Source of the DNA: the human T2T-CHM13v2.0 reference genome, Homo sapiens
DNA: 64,000 nt
Direction: 5' to 3' (one strand)
NCBI RefSeq assembly: GCF_009914755.1
Contig: NC_060937.1
Part shown: positions 11,801 to 27,158 of the stretch, one piece after another
Numbering within the stretch: the first letter of the stretch is position 1
Layout of the letters: every line of letters begins with the position of its first letter
Program-made: the position numbers and the translations under genes
The notes under the pieces: model-generated
Seen by the model: only the letters and a program-made list of their open reading frames with translations
Told to the model about the DNA's origin: nothing
Databases searched by the model: none

Positions 11801-14800
11801 ACTTTTTCACCGTAGGCATCAAAGCGCTCCAAATGTCCACATCCAGATACTCCAGAAAGAGTGTTTCAAACCTGCTCTATGAAAGGGAATCTTCAACTCT
11901 ATGAGTTGAATGCAGACATCAGAAAGAAATTTCTGAGAATGCTGCTGTCTACCTTTTATTTGAATTCCCGCTTCCAACGAAATCCTCCAAGCTATCCAAA
12001 TATCCACTTGCAGATTCCACAAAAAGAGTGTTTCAAAACTGCTCTCTATCAATGGCAAAGTTCAACTCTGTTAGTTGAGGACACATATCACCAACAAGTT
12101 TCTGAGAATGCTTCTGTCTATTTTTTATGGGAAGATATTTCCTTTTTCACCGTAGGCGTCAAGGCGATCGAAATGTCCACTTCCACAAACTACAAAAAGA
12201 GTGTTTCAAACCTGCTCTATGAAAGGCCATGTTCATCTCTATGAGTCGAATGGAAATATCCGAAAGAAATTTCTGGGAATGCTGCTGTCTAGTTTTTATA
12301 CGAATTCCCGCTTCCAACGAAATCCTCAAAGCAATCCAAATATCCACTTGCAGAATCCACAAAAAGAGTGTTTCAAAACTGCTCTATCAATAGAAAGGTT
12401 CAACTCTTTTAGTTGAGTACACACATCACAAACAAGTTTCTGAGAATGCTTCTGTCTGGCTTTTATTGGAAGACGTTTCCTTTTCACCAAAGGCATCAAA
12501 GCGCTCCAAATGTCCACTTCCAGATTCTTCCAAAAGAGTGTTTGAAACGTGCTCAAAGTAAGGGAATGTTCAACTCTGTGACTTGAATGCAGATATCACC
12601 AAGTAGTTTCTAATAGTGCTTCTGTCTAGATTTTAGATGATGATATTCCCGTTTCCAACGAAATCGTTAGAGCTATCCAAATATCCACTTACAGTTGCTA
12701 CAAAAACAGTGTTTCCAAACTGCTGCATCAAAAGAAAGGTTCAACTCTGTTAGTTGAGGACACACGTCACAAAGAAGTTTGTGAGAATGCTTCTGTCTAG
12801 ATTTTGTATGACGATATTCCCTTTTCCAACGATATCATTAAAGCAATCTAAATATCCATTTGCAGAATCCACAAAAATAGAGTTTCAAAGCTGCTCTGTA
12901 AAAAGAAAGGTTCCACTCTGTTAGCTGAGTACACACATCACAAACTTGTTTCTCAGAATCCTTCTGTCTCGTTTTTATGGGAAGATATTTACTTTTTCAC
13001 CGTAGGCATCAAAGCGCTCCAAATGTCCACATCCAGATACTCCAGAAAGAGTGTTTCAAACCTGCTCTATGAAAGGGAATCTTCAACTCTATGAGTTGAA
13101 TGCAGACATCAGAAAGAAATTTCTGAGAATGCTGCTGTCTACCTTTTATTTGAATTCCCGCTTCCAACGAAATCCTCCAAGCTATCCAAATATCCACTTG
13201 CAGATTCCACAAAAAGAGTGTTTCAAAACTGCTCTCTATCAATGGCAAAGTTCAACTCTGTTAGTTGAGGACACATATCACCAACAAGTTTCTGAGAATG
13301 CTTCTGTCTATTTTTTATGGGAAGATATTTCCTTTTTCACCGTAGGCGTCAAGGCGATCGAAATGTCCACTTCCACAAACTACAAAAAGAGTGTTTCAAA
13401 CCTGCTCTATGAAAGGCCATGTTCATCTCTATGAGTCGAATGGAAATATCCGAAAGAAATTTCTGGGAATGCTGCTGTCTAGTTTTTATACGAATTCCCG
13501 CTTCCAACGAAATCCTCAAAGCAATCCAAATATCCACTTGCAGAATCCACAAAAAGAGTGTTTCAAAACTGCTCTATCAATAGAAAGGTTCAACTCTTTT
13601 AGTTGAGTACACACATCACAAACAAGTTTCTGAGAATGCTTCTGTCTGGCTTTTATTGGAAGACGTTTCCTTTTCACCAAAGGCATCAAAGCGCTCCAAA
13701 TGTCCACTTCCAGATTCTTCCAAAAGAGTGTTTGAAACGTGCTCAAAGTAAGGGAATGTTCAACTCTGTGACTTGAATGCAGATATCACCAAGTAGTTTC
13801 TAATAGTGCTTCTGTCTAGATTTTAGATGATGATATTCCCGTTTCCAACGAAATCGTTAGAGCTATCCAAATATCCACTTACAGTTGCTACAAAAACAGT
13901 GTTTCCAAACTGCTGCATCAAAAGAAAGGTTCAACTCTGTTAGTTGAGGACACACGTCACAAAGAAGTTTGTGAGAATGCTTCTGTCTAGATTTTGTATG
14001 ACGATATTCCCTTTTCCAACGATATCGTTAAAGCAATCTAAATATCCATTTGCAGAATCCACAAAAATAGAGTTTCAAAGCTGCTCTGTAAAAAGAAAGG
14101 TTCCACTCTGTTAGCTGAGTACACACATCACAAACTTGTTTCTCAGAATCCTTCTGTCTCGTTTTTCTGGGAAGATATTTACTTTTTCACCGTAGGCATC
14201 AAAGCGCTCCAAATGTCCACATCCAGATACTCCAGAAAGAGTGTTTCAAACCTGCTCTATGAAAGGGAATCTTCAACTCTATGAGTTGAATGCAGACATC
14301 AGAAAGAAATTTCTGAGAATGCTGCTGTCTACCTTTTATTTGAATTCCCGCTTCCAACGAAATCCTCCAAGCTATCCAAATATCCACTTGCAGATTCCAC
14401 AAAAAGAGTGTTTCAAAACTGCTCTCTATCAATGGCAAAGTTCAACTCTGTTAGTTGAGGACACATATCACCAACAAGTTTCTGAGAATGCTTCTGTCTA
14501 TTTTTTATGGGAAGATATTTCCTTTTTCACCGTAGGCGTCAAGGCGATCGAAATGTCCACTTCCACAAACTACAAAAAGAGTGTTTCAAACCTGCTCTAT
14601 GAAAGGCCATGTTCATCTCTATGAGTCGAATGGAAATATCCGAAAGAAATTTCTGGGAATGCTGCTGTCTAGTTTTTATACGAATTCCCGCTTCCAACGA
14701 AATCCTCAAAGCAATCCAAATATCCACTTGCAGAATCCACAAAAAGAGTGTTTCAAAACTGCTCTATCAATAGAAAGGTTCAACTCTTTTAGTTGAGTAC

Positions 14801-15430
14801 ACACATCACAAACAAGTTTCTGAGAATGCTTCTGTCTGGCTTTTATTGGAAGACGTTTCCTTTTCACCAAAGGCATCAAAGCGCTCCAAATGTCCACTTC
14901 CAGATTCTTCCAAAAGAGTGTTTGAAACGTGCTCAAAGTAAGGGAATGTTCAACTCTGTGACTTGAATGCAGATATCACCAAGTAGTTTCTAATAGTGCT
15001 TCTGTCTAGATTTTAGATGATGATATTCCCGTTTCCAACGAAATCGTTAGAGCTATCCAAATATCCACTTACAGTTTCTACAAAAAGAGTGTTTCCAAAC
15101 TGCTGCATCAAAAGAAAGGTTCAACTCTGTTAGTTGAGGACACACATCACAAAGAAGTTTGTGAGAATGCTTCTGTCTAGATTTTGTATGACCATATTCC
15201 CTTTTCCAGCGATATCATTAAAGCAATCTAAATATCCATTTGCAGAATCCACAAAAATAGAGTTTCAAAGCTGCTCTGTAAAAAGAAAGGTTCCACTCTG
15301 TTAGCTGAGTACACACATCACAAACTTGTTTCTGAGAATCCTTCTGTCTCGTTTTTATGGGAAGATATTTACTTTTTCACCGTAGGCATCAAAGCGCTCC
15401 AAATGTCCACATCCAGATACTCCAGAAAGA

Positions 15431-16108
15431 GTGTTTCAAACCTGCTCTATGAAAGGGAATCTTCAACTCTATGAGTTGAATGCAGACATCAGAAAGAAAT
15501 TTCTGAGAATGCTGCTGTCTACCTTTTATTTGAACTCCCGCTTCCAACGAAATCCTCCAAGCTATCCAAATATCCACTTGCATTTTCCACAAAAAGAGTG
15601 CTTCAAAACTGCTCTATCAATAAATGTTCAACTCCTTTAGCTGGGTGCACACATCACAAACAAGTTTCTGAGAATGCTTCTGTCTAGTTTTTATGGGAAG
15701 ACATTCCCTTTTTCACCAAAGGCATCAAAGCGCTCCAAATGTCCACTTCCAGACACTACAAAAAGAGTGTTTCCAACGTGCTCTAAGAAAGCGAATGTTC
15801 AACTCTGTGACTTGAATGCAGATATCACAAAGTAGTTTCTGAGAGGGCTTCTGTCTAGATTTTAGATGATGATATTCCCGTTTCCAACGAAATCATTAGA
15901 GCTATCCAAATATCCACTTACAGTTTCTACAAAAAGAGTGTTTCCAAACTGCTGCATCAAAAGAGAGGTTCCACTCTGTTAGCTGAGTACACACATCACA
16001 AACTTGTTTCTGAGAATCCTTCTGTGTCGTTTTTATGGGAAGATATTTACTTTTTCACCGTAGGCATCAAAGCGCTCCAAATGTCCACATCCAGATACTC
16101 CAGAAAGA
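15431..16108 (-). repeat. Example 4-monomer block, haplotype 4b (678 bp); 7 copies at 2344 (677 bp), 15431, 29029, 33957, 38885, 47043, 50271
   Basis: GAACTCCC (EcoRI lost), GAGTGCTTC, 2-bp deletion CAATAAATGTT, and TTAGCTGGGTGCAC (ApaLI site). Confidence 0.95.
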
Positions 16109-19100
16109 GTGTTTCAAACCTGCTCTATGAAAGGGAATCTTCAACTCTATGAGTTGAATGCAGACATCAGAAAGAAATTTCTGAGAATGCTGCTGTCTAC
16201 CTTTTATTTGAATTCCCGCTTCCAACGAAATCCTCCAAGCTATCCAAATATCCACTTGCAGATTCCACAAAAAGAGTGTTTCAAAACTGCTCTCTATCAA
16301 TGGCAAAGTTCAACTCTGTTAGTTGAGGACACATATCACCAACAAGTTTCTGAGAATGCTTCTGTCTATTTTTTATGGGAAGATATTTCCTTTTTCACCG
16401 TAGGCGTCAAGGCGATCGAAATGTCCACTTCCACAAACTACAAAAAGAGTGTTTCAAACCTGCTCTATGAAAGGCCATGTTCATCTCTATGAGTCGAATG
16501 GAAATATCCGAAAGAAATTTCTGGGAATGCTGCTGTCTAGTTTTTATACGAATTCCCGCTTCCAACGAAATCCTCAAAGCAATCCAAATATCCACTTGCA
16601 GAATCCACAAAAAGAGTGTTTCAAAACTGCTCTATCAATAGAAAGGTTCAACTCTTTTAGTTGAGTACACACATCACAAACAAGTTTCTGAGAATGCTTC
16701 TGTCTGGCTTTTATTGGAAGACGTTTCCTTTTCACCAAAGGCATCAAAGCGCTCCAAATGTCCACTTCCAGATTCTTCCAAAAGAGTGTTTGAAACGTGC
16801 TCAAAGTAAGGGAATGTTCAACTCTGTGACTTGAATGCAGATATCACCAAGTAGTTTCTAATAGTGCTTCTGTCTAGATTTTAGATGATGATATTCCCGT
16901 TTCCAACGAAATCGTTAGAGCTATCCAAATATCCACTTACAGTTTCTACAAAAAGAGTGTTTCCAAACTGCTGCATCAAAAGAAAGGTTCAACTCTGTTA
17001 GTTGAGGACACACATCACAAAGAAGTTTGTGAGAATGCTTCTGTCTAGATTTTGTATGACCATATTCCCTTTTCCAGCGATATCATTAAAGCAATCTAAA
17101 TATCCATTTGCAGAATCCACAAAAATAGAGTTTCAAAGCTGCTCTGTAAAAAGAAAGGTTCCACTCTGTTAGCTGAGTACACACATCACAAACTTGTTTC
17201 TGAGAATCCTTCTGTCTCGTTTTTATGGGAAGATATTTACTTTTTCACCGTAGGCATCAAAGCGCTCCAAATGTCCACATCCAGATACTCCAGAAAGAGT
17301 GTTTCAAACCTGCTCTATGAAAGGGAATCTTCAACTCTATGAGTTGAATGCAGACATCAGAAAGAAATTTCTGAGAATGCTGCTGTCTACCTTTTATTTG
17401 AATTCCCGCTTCCAACGAAATCCTCCAAGCTATCCAAATATCCACCTGCATTTTCCACAAAAAGAGCGTTTCAAAACTGCTCTATCAATAGAAATGTTCA
17501 ACTCCTTTGGCTGGGTACACACATCACAAACAAGTTTCTGAGAATGCTTCTGTCTAGTTTTTATGGGAAGACATTCCCTTTTTCACCAAAGGCATCAAAG
17601 CGCTCCAAATGTCCACTTCCAGACACTACAAAAAGAGTGTTTCCAACGTGCTCTAAGAAAGCGAATGTTCAACTCTGTGACTTGAATGCAGATATCACAA
17701 AGTAGTTTCTGAGAGGGCTTCTGTCTAGATTTTAGATGATGATATTCCCGTTTCCAACGAAATCATTAGAGCTATCCAAATATCCACTTACAGTTTCTAC
17801 AAAAAGAGTGTTTCCAAACTGCTGCATCAAAAGAGAGGTTCCACTCTGTTAGCTGAGTACACACATCACAAACTTGTTTCTCAGAATCCTTCTGTCTCGT
17901 TTTTCTGGGAAGATATTTACTTTTTCACCGTAGGCATCAAAGCGCTCCAAATGTCCACATCCAGATACTCCAGAAAGAGTGTTTCAAACCTGCTCTATGA
18001 AAGGGAATCTTCAACTCTATGAGTTGAATGCAGACATCAGAAAGAAATTTCTGAGAATGCTGCTGTCTACCTTTTATTTGAATTCCCGCTTCCAACGAAA
18101 TCCTCCAAGCTATCCAAATATCCACTTGCAGATTCCACAAAAAGAGTGTTTCAAAACTGCTCTCTATCAATGGCAAAGTTCAACTCTGTTAGTTGAGGAC
18201 ACATATCACCAACAAGTTTCTGAGAATGCTTCTGTCTATTTTTTATGGGAAGATATTTCCTTTTTCACCGTAGGCGTCAAGGCGATCGAAATGTCCACTT
18301 CCACAAACTACAAAAAGAGTGTTTCAAACCTGCTCTATGAAAGGCCATGTTCATCTCTATGAGTCGAATGGAAATATCCGAAAGAAATTTCTGGGAATGC
18401 TGCTGTCTAGTTTTTATACGAATTCCCGCTTCCAACGAAATCCTCAAAGCAATCCAAATATCCACTTGCAGAATCCACAAAAAGAGTGTTTCAAAACTGC
18501 TCTATCAATAGAAAGGTTCAACTCTTTTAGTTGAGTACACACATCACAAACAAGTTTCTGAGAATGCTTCTGTCTGGCTTTTATTGGAAGACGTTTCCTT
18601 TTCACCAAAGGCATCAAAGCGCTCCAAATGTCCACTTCCAGATTCTTCCAAAAGAGTGTTTGAAACGTGCTCAAAGTAAGGGAATGTTCAACTCTGTGAC
18701 TTGAATGCAGATATCACCAAGTAGTTTCTAATAGTGCTTCTGTCTAGATTTTAGATGATGATATTCCCGTTTCCAACGAAATCGTTAGAGCTATCCAAAT
18801 ATCCACTTACAGTTGCTACAAAAACAGTGTTTCCAAACTGCTGCATCAAAAGAAAGGTTCAACTCTGTTAGTTGAGGACACACGTCACAAAGAAGTTTGT
18901 GAGAATGCTTCTGTCTAGATTTTGTATGACGATATTCCCTTTTCCAACGATATCGTTAAAGCAATCTAAATATCCATTTGCAGAATCCACAAAAATAGAG
19001 TTTCAAAGCTGCTCTGTAAAAAGAAAGGTTCCACTCTGTTAGCTGAGTACACACATCACAAACTTGTTTCTCAGAATCCTTCTGTCTCGTTTTTCTGGGA

Positions 19101-22100
19101 AGATATTTACTTTTTCACCGTAGGCATCAAAGCGCTCCAAATGTCCACATCCAGATACTCCAGAAAGAGTGTTTCAAACCTGCTCTATGAAAGGGAATCT
19201 TCAACTCTATGAGTTGAATGCAGACATCAGAAAGAAATTTCTGAGAATGCTGCTGTCTACCTTTTATTTGAATTCCCGCTTCCAACGAAATCCTCCAAGC
19301 TATCCAAATATCCACTTGCAGATTCCACAAAAAGAGTGTTTCAAAACTGCTCTCTATCAATGGCAAAGTTCAACTCTGTTAGTTGAGGACACATATCACC
19401 AACAAGTTTCTGAGAATGCTTCTGTCTATTTTTTATGGGAAGATATTTCCTTTTTCACCGTAGGCGTCAAGGCGATCGAAATGTCCACTTCCACAAACTA
19501 CAAAAAGAGTGTTTCAAACCTGCTCTATGAAAGGCCATGTTCATCTCTATGAGTCGAATGGAAATATCCGAAAGAAATTTCTGGGAATGCTGCTGTCTAG
19601 TTTTTATACGAATTCCCGCTTCCAACGAAATCCTCAAAGCAATCCAAATATCCACTTGCAGAATCCACAAAAAGAGTGTTTCAAAACTGCTCTATCAATA
19701 GAAAGGTTCAACTCTTTTAGTTGAGTACACACATCACAAACAAGTTTCTGAGAATGCTTCTGTCTGGCTTTTATTGGAAGACGTTTCCTTTTCACCAAAG
19801 GCATCAAAGCGCTCCAAATGTCCACTTCCAGATTCTTCCAAAAGAGTGTTTGAAACGTGCTCAAAGTAAGGGAATGTTCAACTCTGTGACTTGAATGCAG
19901 ATATCACCAAGTAGTTTCTAATAGTGCTTCTGTCTAGATTTTAGATGATGATATTCCCGTTTCCAACGAAATCGTTAGAGCTATCCAAATATCCACTTAC
20001 AGTTTCTACAAAAAGAGTGTTTCCAAACTGCTGCATCAAAAGAAAGGTTCAACTCTGTTAGTTGAGGACACACATCACAAAGAAGTTTGTGAGAATGCTT
20101 CTGTCTATATTTTGTATGACCATATTCCCTTTTCCAGCGATATCATTAAAGCAATCTAAATATCCATTTGCAGAATCCACAAAAATAGAGTTTCAAAGCT
20201 GCTCTGTAAAAAGAAAGGTTCCACTCTGTTAGCTGAGTACACACATCACAAACTTGTTTCTCAGAATCCTTCTGTCTCGTTTTTATGGGAAGATATTTAC
20301 TTTTTCACCGTAGGCATCAAAGCGCTCCAAATGTCCACATCCAGATACTCCAGAAAGAGTGTTTCAAACCTGCTCTATGAAAGGGAATCTTCAACTCTAT
20401 GAGTTGAATGCAGACATCAGAAAGAAATTTCTGAGAATGCTGCTGTCTACCTTTTATTTGAATTCCCGCTTCCAACGAAATCCTCCAAGCTATCCAAATA
20501 TCCACCTGCATTTTCCACAAAAAGAGCGTTTCAAAACTGCTCTATCAATAGAAATGTTCAACTCCTTTGGCTGGGTACACACATCACAAACAAGTTTCTG
20601 AGAATGCTTCTGTCTAGTTTTTATGGGAAGACATTCCCTTTTTCACCAAAGGCATCAAAGCGCTCCAAATGTCCACTTCCAGACACTACAAAAAGAGTGT
20701 TTCCAACGTGCTCTAAGAAAGCGAATGTTCAACTCTGTGACTTGAATGCAGATATCACAAAGTAGTTTCTGAGAGGGCTTCTGTCTAGATTTTAGATGAT
20801 GATATTCCCGTTTCCAACGAAATCATTAGAGCTATCCAAATATCCACTTACAGTTTCTACAAAAAGAGTGTTTCCAAACTGCTGCATCAAAAGAGAGGTT
20901 CCACTCTGTTAGCTGAGTACACACATCACAAACTTGTTTCTCAGAATCCTTCTGTCTCGTTTTTCTGGGAAGATATTTACTTTTTCACCGTAGGCATCAA
21001 AGCGCTCCAAATGTCCACATCCAGATACTCCAGAAAGAGTGTTTCAAACCTGCTCTATGAAAGGGAATCTTCAACTCTATGAGTTGAATGCAGACATCAG
21101 AAAGAAATTTCTGAGAATGCTGCTGTCTACCTTTTATTTGAATTCCCGCTTCCAACGAAATCCTCCAAGCTATCCAAATATCCACTTGCAGATTCCACAA
21201 AAAGAGTGTTTCAAAACTGCTCTCTATCAATGGCAAAGTTCAACTCTGTTAGTTGAGGACACATATCACCAACAAGTTTCTGAGAATGCTTCTGTCTATT
21301 TTTTATGGGAAGATATTTCCTTTTTCACCGTAGGCGTCAAGGCGATCGAAATGTCCACTTCCACAAACTACAAAAAGAGTGTTTCAAACCTGCTCTATGA
21401 AAGGCCATGTTCATCTCTATGAGTCGAATGGAAATATCCGAAAGAAATTTCTGGGAATGCTGCTGTCTAGTTTTTATACGAATTCCCGCTTCCAACGAAA
21501 TCCTCAAAGCAATCCAAATATCCACTTGCAGAATCCACAAAAAGAGTGTTTCAAAACTGCTCTATCAATAGAAAGGTTCAACTCTTTTAGTTGAGTACAC
21601 ACATCACAAACAAGTTTCTGAGAATGCTTCTGTCTGGCTTTTATTGGAAGACGTTTCCTTTTCACCAAAGGCATCAAAGCGCTCCAAATGTCCACTTCCA
21701 GATTCTTCCAAAAGAGTGTTTGAAACGTGCTCAAAGTAAGGGAATGTTCAACTCTGTGACTTGAATGCAGATATCACCAAGTAGTTTCTAATAGTGCTTC
21801 TGTCTAGATTTTAGATGATGATATTCCCGTTTCCAACGAAATTGTTAGAGCTATCCAAATATCCACTTACAGTTTCTACAAAAAGAGTGTTTCCAAACTG
21901 CTGCATCAAAAGAAAGGTTCAACTCTGTTAGTTGAGGACACACATCACAAAGAAGTTTGTGAGAATGCTTCTGTCTAGATTTTGTATGACCATATTCCCT
22001 TTTCCAGCGATATCATTAAAGCAATCTAAATATCCATTTGCAGAATCCACAAAAATAGAGTTTCAAAGCTGCTCTGTAAAAAGAAAGGTTCCACTCTGTT

Positions 22101-25100
22101 AGCTGAGTACACACATCACAAACTTGTTTCTGAGAATCCTTCTGTCTCGTTTTTCTGGGAAGATATTTACTTTTTCACCGTAGGCATCAAAGCGCTCCAA
22201 ATGTCCACATCCAGATACTCCAGAAAGAGTGTTTCAAACCTGCTCTATGAAAGGGAATCTTCAACTCTATGAGTTGAATGCAGACATCAGAAAGAAATTT
22301 CTGAGAATGCTGCTGTCTACCTTTTATTTGAATTCCCGCTTCCAACGAAATCCTCCAAGCTATCCAAATATCCACCTGCATTTTCCACAAAAAGAGCGTT
22401 TCAAAACTGCTCTATCAATAGAAATGTTCAACTCCTTTGGCTGGGTACACACATCACAAACAAGTTTCTGAGAATGCTTCTGTCTAGTTTTTATGGGAAG
22501 ACATTCCCTTTTTCACCAAAGGCATCAAAGCGCTCCAAATGTCCACTTCCAGACACTACAAAAAGAGTGTTTCCAACGTGCTCTAAGAAAGCGAATGTTC
22601 AACTCTGTGACTTGAATGCAGATATCACAAAGTAGTTTCTGAGAGGGCTTCTGTCTAGATTTTAGATGATGATATTCCCGTTTCCAACGAAATCATTAGA
22701 GCTATCCAAATATCCACTTACAGTTTCTACAAAAAGAGTGTTTCCAAACTGCTGCATCAAAAGAGAGGTTCCACTCTGTTAGCTGAGTACACACATCACA
22801 AACTTGTTTCTCAGAATCCTTCTGTCTCGTTTTTCTGGGAAGATATTTACTTTTTCACCGTAGGCATCAAAGCGCTCCAAATGTCCACATCCAGATACTC
22901 CAGAAAGAGTGTTTCAAACCTGCTCTATGAAAGGGAATCTTCAACTCTATGAGTTGAATGCAGACATCAGAAAGAAATTTCTGAGAATGCTGCTGTCTAC
23001 CTTTTATTTGAATTCCCGCTTCCAACGAAATCCTCCAAGCTATCCAAATATCCACTTGCAGATTCCACAAAAAGAGTGTTTCAAAACTGCTCTCTATCAA
23101 TGGCAAAGTTCAACTCTGTTAGTTGAGGACACATATCACCAACAAGTTTCTGAGAATGCTTCTGTCTATTTTTTATGGGAAGATATTTCCTTTTTCACCG
23201 TAGGCGTCAAGGCGATCGAAATGTCCACTTCCACAAACTACAAAAAGAGTGTTTCAAACCTGCTCTATGAAAGGCCATGTTCATCTCTATGAGTCGAATG
23301 GAAATATCCGAAAGAAATTTCTGGGAATGCTGCTGTCTAGTTTTTATACGAATTCCCGCTTCCAACGAAATCCTCAAAGCAATCCAAATATCCACTTGCA
23401 GAATCCACAAAAAGAGTGTTTCAAAACTGCTCTATCAATAGAAAGGTTCAACTCTTTTAGTTGAGTACACACATCACAAACAAGTTTCTGAGAATGCTTC
23501 TGTCTGGCTTTTATTGGAAGACGTTTCCTTTTCACCAAAGGCATCAAAGCGCTCCAAATGTCCACTTCCAGATTCTTCCAAAAGAGTGTTTGAAACGTGC
23601 TCAAAGTAAGGGAATGTTCAACTCTGTGACTTGAATGCAGATATCACCAAGTAGTTTCTAATAGTGCTTCTGTCTAGATTTTAGATGATGATATTCCCGT
23701 TTCCAACGAAATCGTTAGAGCTATCCAAATATCCACTTACAGTTGCTACAAAAACAGTGTTTCCAAACTGCTGCATCAAAAGAAAGGTTCAACTCTGTTA
23801 GTTGAGGACACACGTCACAAAGAAGTTTGTGAGAATGCTTCTGTCTAGATTTTGTATGACGATATTCCCTTTTCCAACGATATCATTAAAGCAATCTAAA
23901 TATCCATTTGCAGAATCCACAAAAATAGAGTTTCAAAGCTGCTCTGTAAAAAGAAAGGTTCCACTCTGTTAGCTGAGTACACACATCACAAACTTGTTTC
24001 TCAGAATCCTTCTGTCTCGTTTTTATGGGAAGATATTTACTTTTTCACCGTAGGCATCAAAGCGCTCCAAATGTCCACATCCAGATACTCCAGAAAGAGT
24101 GTTTCAAACCTGCTCTATGAAAGGGAATCTTCAACTCTATGAGTTGAATGCAGACATCAGAAAGAAATTTCTGAGAATGCTGCTGTCTACCTTTTATTTG
24201 AATTCCCGCTTCCAACGAAATCCTCCAAGCTATCCAAATATCCACTTGCAGATTCCACAAAAAGAGTGTTTCAAAACTGCTCTCTATCAATGGCAAAGTT
24301 CAACTCTGTTAGTTGAGGACACATATCACCAACAAGTTTCTGAGAATGCTTCTGTCTATTTTTTATGGGAAGATATTTCCTTTTTCACCGTAGGCGTCAA
24401 GGCGATCGAAATGTCCACTTCCACAAACTACAAAAAGAGTGTTTCAAACCTGCTCTATGAAAGGCCATGTTCATCTCTATGAGTCGAATGGAAATATCCG
24501 AAAGAAATTTCTGGGAATGCTGCTGTCTAGTTTTTATACGAATTCCCGCTTCCAACGAAATCCTCAAAGCAATCCAAATATCCACTTGCAGAATCCACAA
24601 AAAGAGTGTTTCAAAACTGCTCTATCAATAGAAAGGTTCAACTCTTTTAGTTGAGTACACACATCACAAACAAGTTTCTGAGAATGCTTCTGTCTGGCTT
24701 TTATTGGAAGACGTTTCCTTTTCACCAAAGGCATCAAAGCGCTCCAAATGTCCACTTCCAGATTCTTCCAAAAGAGTGTTTGAAACGTGCTCAAAGTAAG
24801 GGAATGTTCAACTCTGTGACTTGAATGCAGATATCACCAAGTAGTTTCTAATAGTGCTTCTGTCTAGATTTTAGATGATGATATTCCCGTTTCCAACGAA
24901 ATCGTTAGAGCTATCCAAATATCCACTTACAGTTGCTACAAAAACAGTGTTTCCAAACTGCTGCATCAAAAGAAAGGTTCAACTCTGTTAGTTGAGGACA
25001 CACGTCACAAAGAAGTTTGTGAGAATGCTTCTGTCTAGATTTTGTATGACGATATTCCCTTTTCCAACGATATCGTTAAAGCAATCTAAATATCCATTTG

Positions 25101-27158
25101 CAGAATCCACAAAAATAGAGTTTCAAAGCTGCTCTGTAAAAAGAAAGGTTCCACTCTGTTAGCTGAGTACACACATCACAAACTTGTTTCTCAGAATCCT
25201 TCTGTCTCGTTTTTCTGGGAAGATATTTACTTTTTCACCGTAGGCATCAAAGCGCTCCAAATGTCCACATCCAGATACTCCAGAAAGAGTGTTTCAAACC
25301 TGCTCTATGAAAGGGAATCTTCAACTCTATGAGTTGAATGCAGACATCAGAAAGAAATTTCTGAGAATGCTGCTGTCTACCTTTTATTTGAATTCCCGCT
25401 TCCAACGAAATCCTCCAAGCTATCCAAATATCCACTTGCAGATTCCACAAAAAGAGTGTTTCAAAACTGCTCTCTATCAATGGCAAAGTTCAACTCTGTT
25501 AGTTGAGGACACATATCACCAACAAGTTTCTGAGAATGCTTCTGTCTATTTTTTATGGGAAGATATTTCCTTTTTCACCGTAGGCGTCAAGGCGATCGAA
25601 ATGTCCACTTCCACAAACTACAAAAAGAGTGTTTCAAACCTGCTCTATGAAAGGCCATGTTCATCTCTATGAGTCGAATGGAAATATCCGAAAGAAATTT
25701 CTGGGAATGCTGCTGTCTAGTTTTTATACGAATTCCCGCTTCCAACGAAATCCTCAAAGCAATCCAAATATCCACTTGCAGAATCCACAAAAAGAGTGTT
25801 TCAAAACTGCTCTATCAATAGAAAGGTTCAACTCTTTTAGTTGAGTACACACATCACAAACAAGTTTCTGAGAATGCTTCTGTCTGGCTTTTATTGGAAG
25901 ACGTTTCCTTTTCACCAAAGGCATCAAAGCGCTCCAAATGTCCACTTCCAGATTCTTCCAAAAGAGTGTTTGAAACGTGCTCAAAGTAAGGGAATGTTCA
26001 ACTCTGTGACTTGAATGCAGATATCACCAAGTAGTTTCTAATAGTGCTTCTGTCTAGATTTTAGATGATGATATTCCCGTTTCCAACGAAATCGTTAGAG
26101 CTATCCAAATATCCACTTACAGTTTCTACAAAAAGAGTGTTTCCAAACTGCTGCATCAAAAGAAAGGTTCAACTCTGTTAGTTGAGGACACACATCACAA
26201 AGAAGTTTGTGAGAATGCTTCTGTCTAGATTTTGTATGACCATATTCCCTTTTCCAGCGATATCATTAAAGCAATCTAAATATCCATTTGCAGAATCCAC
26301 AAAAATAGAGTTTCAAAGCTGCTCTGTAAAAAGAAAGGTTCCACTCTGTTAGCTGAGTACACACATCACAAACTTGTTTCTGAGAATCCTTCTGTCTCGT
26401 TTTTATGGGAAGATATTTACTTTTTCACCGTAGGCATCAAAGCGCTCCAAATGTCCACATCCAGATACTCCAGAAAGAGTGTTTCAAACCTGCTCTATGA
26501 AAGGGAATCTTCAACTCTATGAGTTGAATGCAGACATCAGAAAGAAATTTCTGAGAATGCTGCTGTCTACCTTTTATTTGAATTCCCGCTTCCAACGAAA
26601 TCCTCCAAGCTATCCAAATATCCACCTGCATTTTCCACAAAAAGAGCGTTTCAAAACTGCTCTATCAATAGAAATGTTCAACTCCTTTGGCTGGGTACAC
26701 ACATCACAAACAAGTTTCTGAGAATGCTTCTGTCTAGTTTTTATGGGAAGACATTCCCTTTTTCACCAAAGGCATCAAAGCGCTCCAAATGTCCACTTCC
26801 AGACACTACAAAAAGAGTGTTTCCAACGTGCTCTAAGAAAGCGAATGTTCAACTCTGTGACTTGAATGCAGATATCACAAAGTAGTTTCTGAGAGGGCTT
26901 CTGTCTAGATTTTAGATGATGATATTCCCGTTTCCAACGAAATCATTAGAGCTATCCAAATATCCACTTACAGTTTCTACAAAAAGAGTGTTTCCAAACT
27001 GCTGCATCGAAAGAGAGGTTCCACTCTGTTAGCTGAGTACACACATCACAAACTTGTTTCTGAGAATCCTTCTGTCTCGTTTTTATGGGAAGATATTTAC
27101 TTTTTCACCGTAGGCATCAAAGCGCTCCAAATGTCCACATCCAGATACTCCAGAAAGA

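Larger units (their letters stand above)
5741..11860 (-). repeat. Two tandem 18-mer super-repeats (7a+7b+4a, 3060 bp); a third copy at 17979-21038
   Basis: Block order and anchors 5741/8801/11861. The visible differences are confined to one junction A/C site. Confidence 0.85.
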
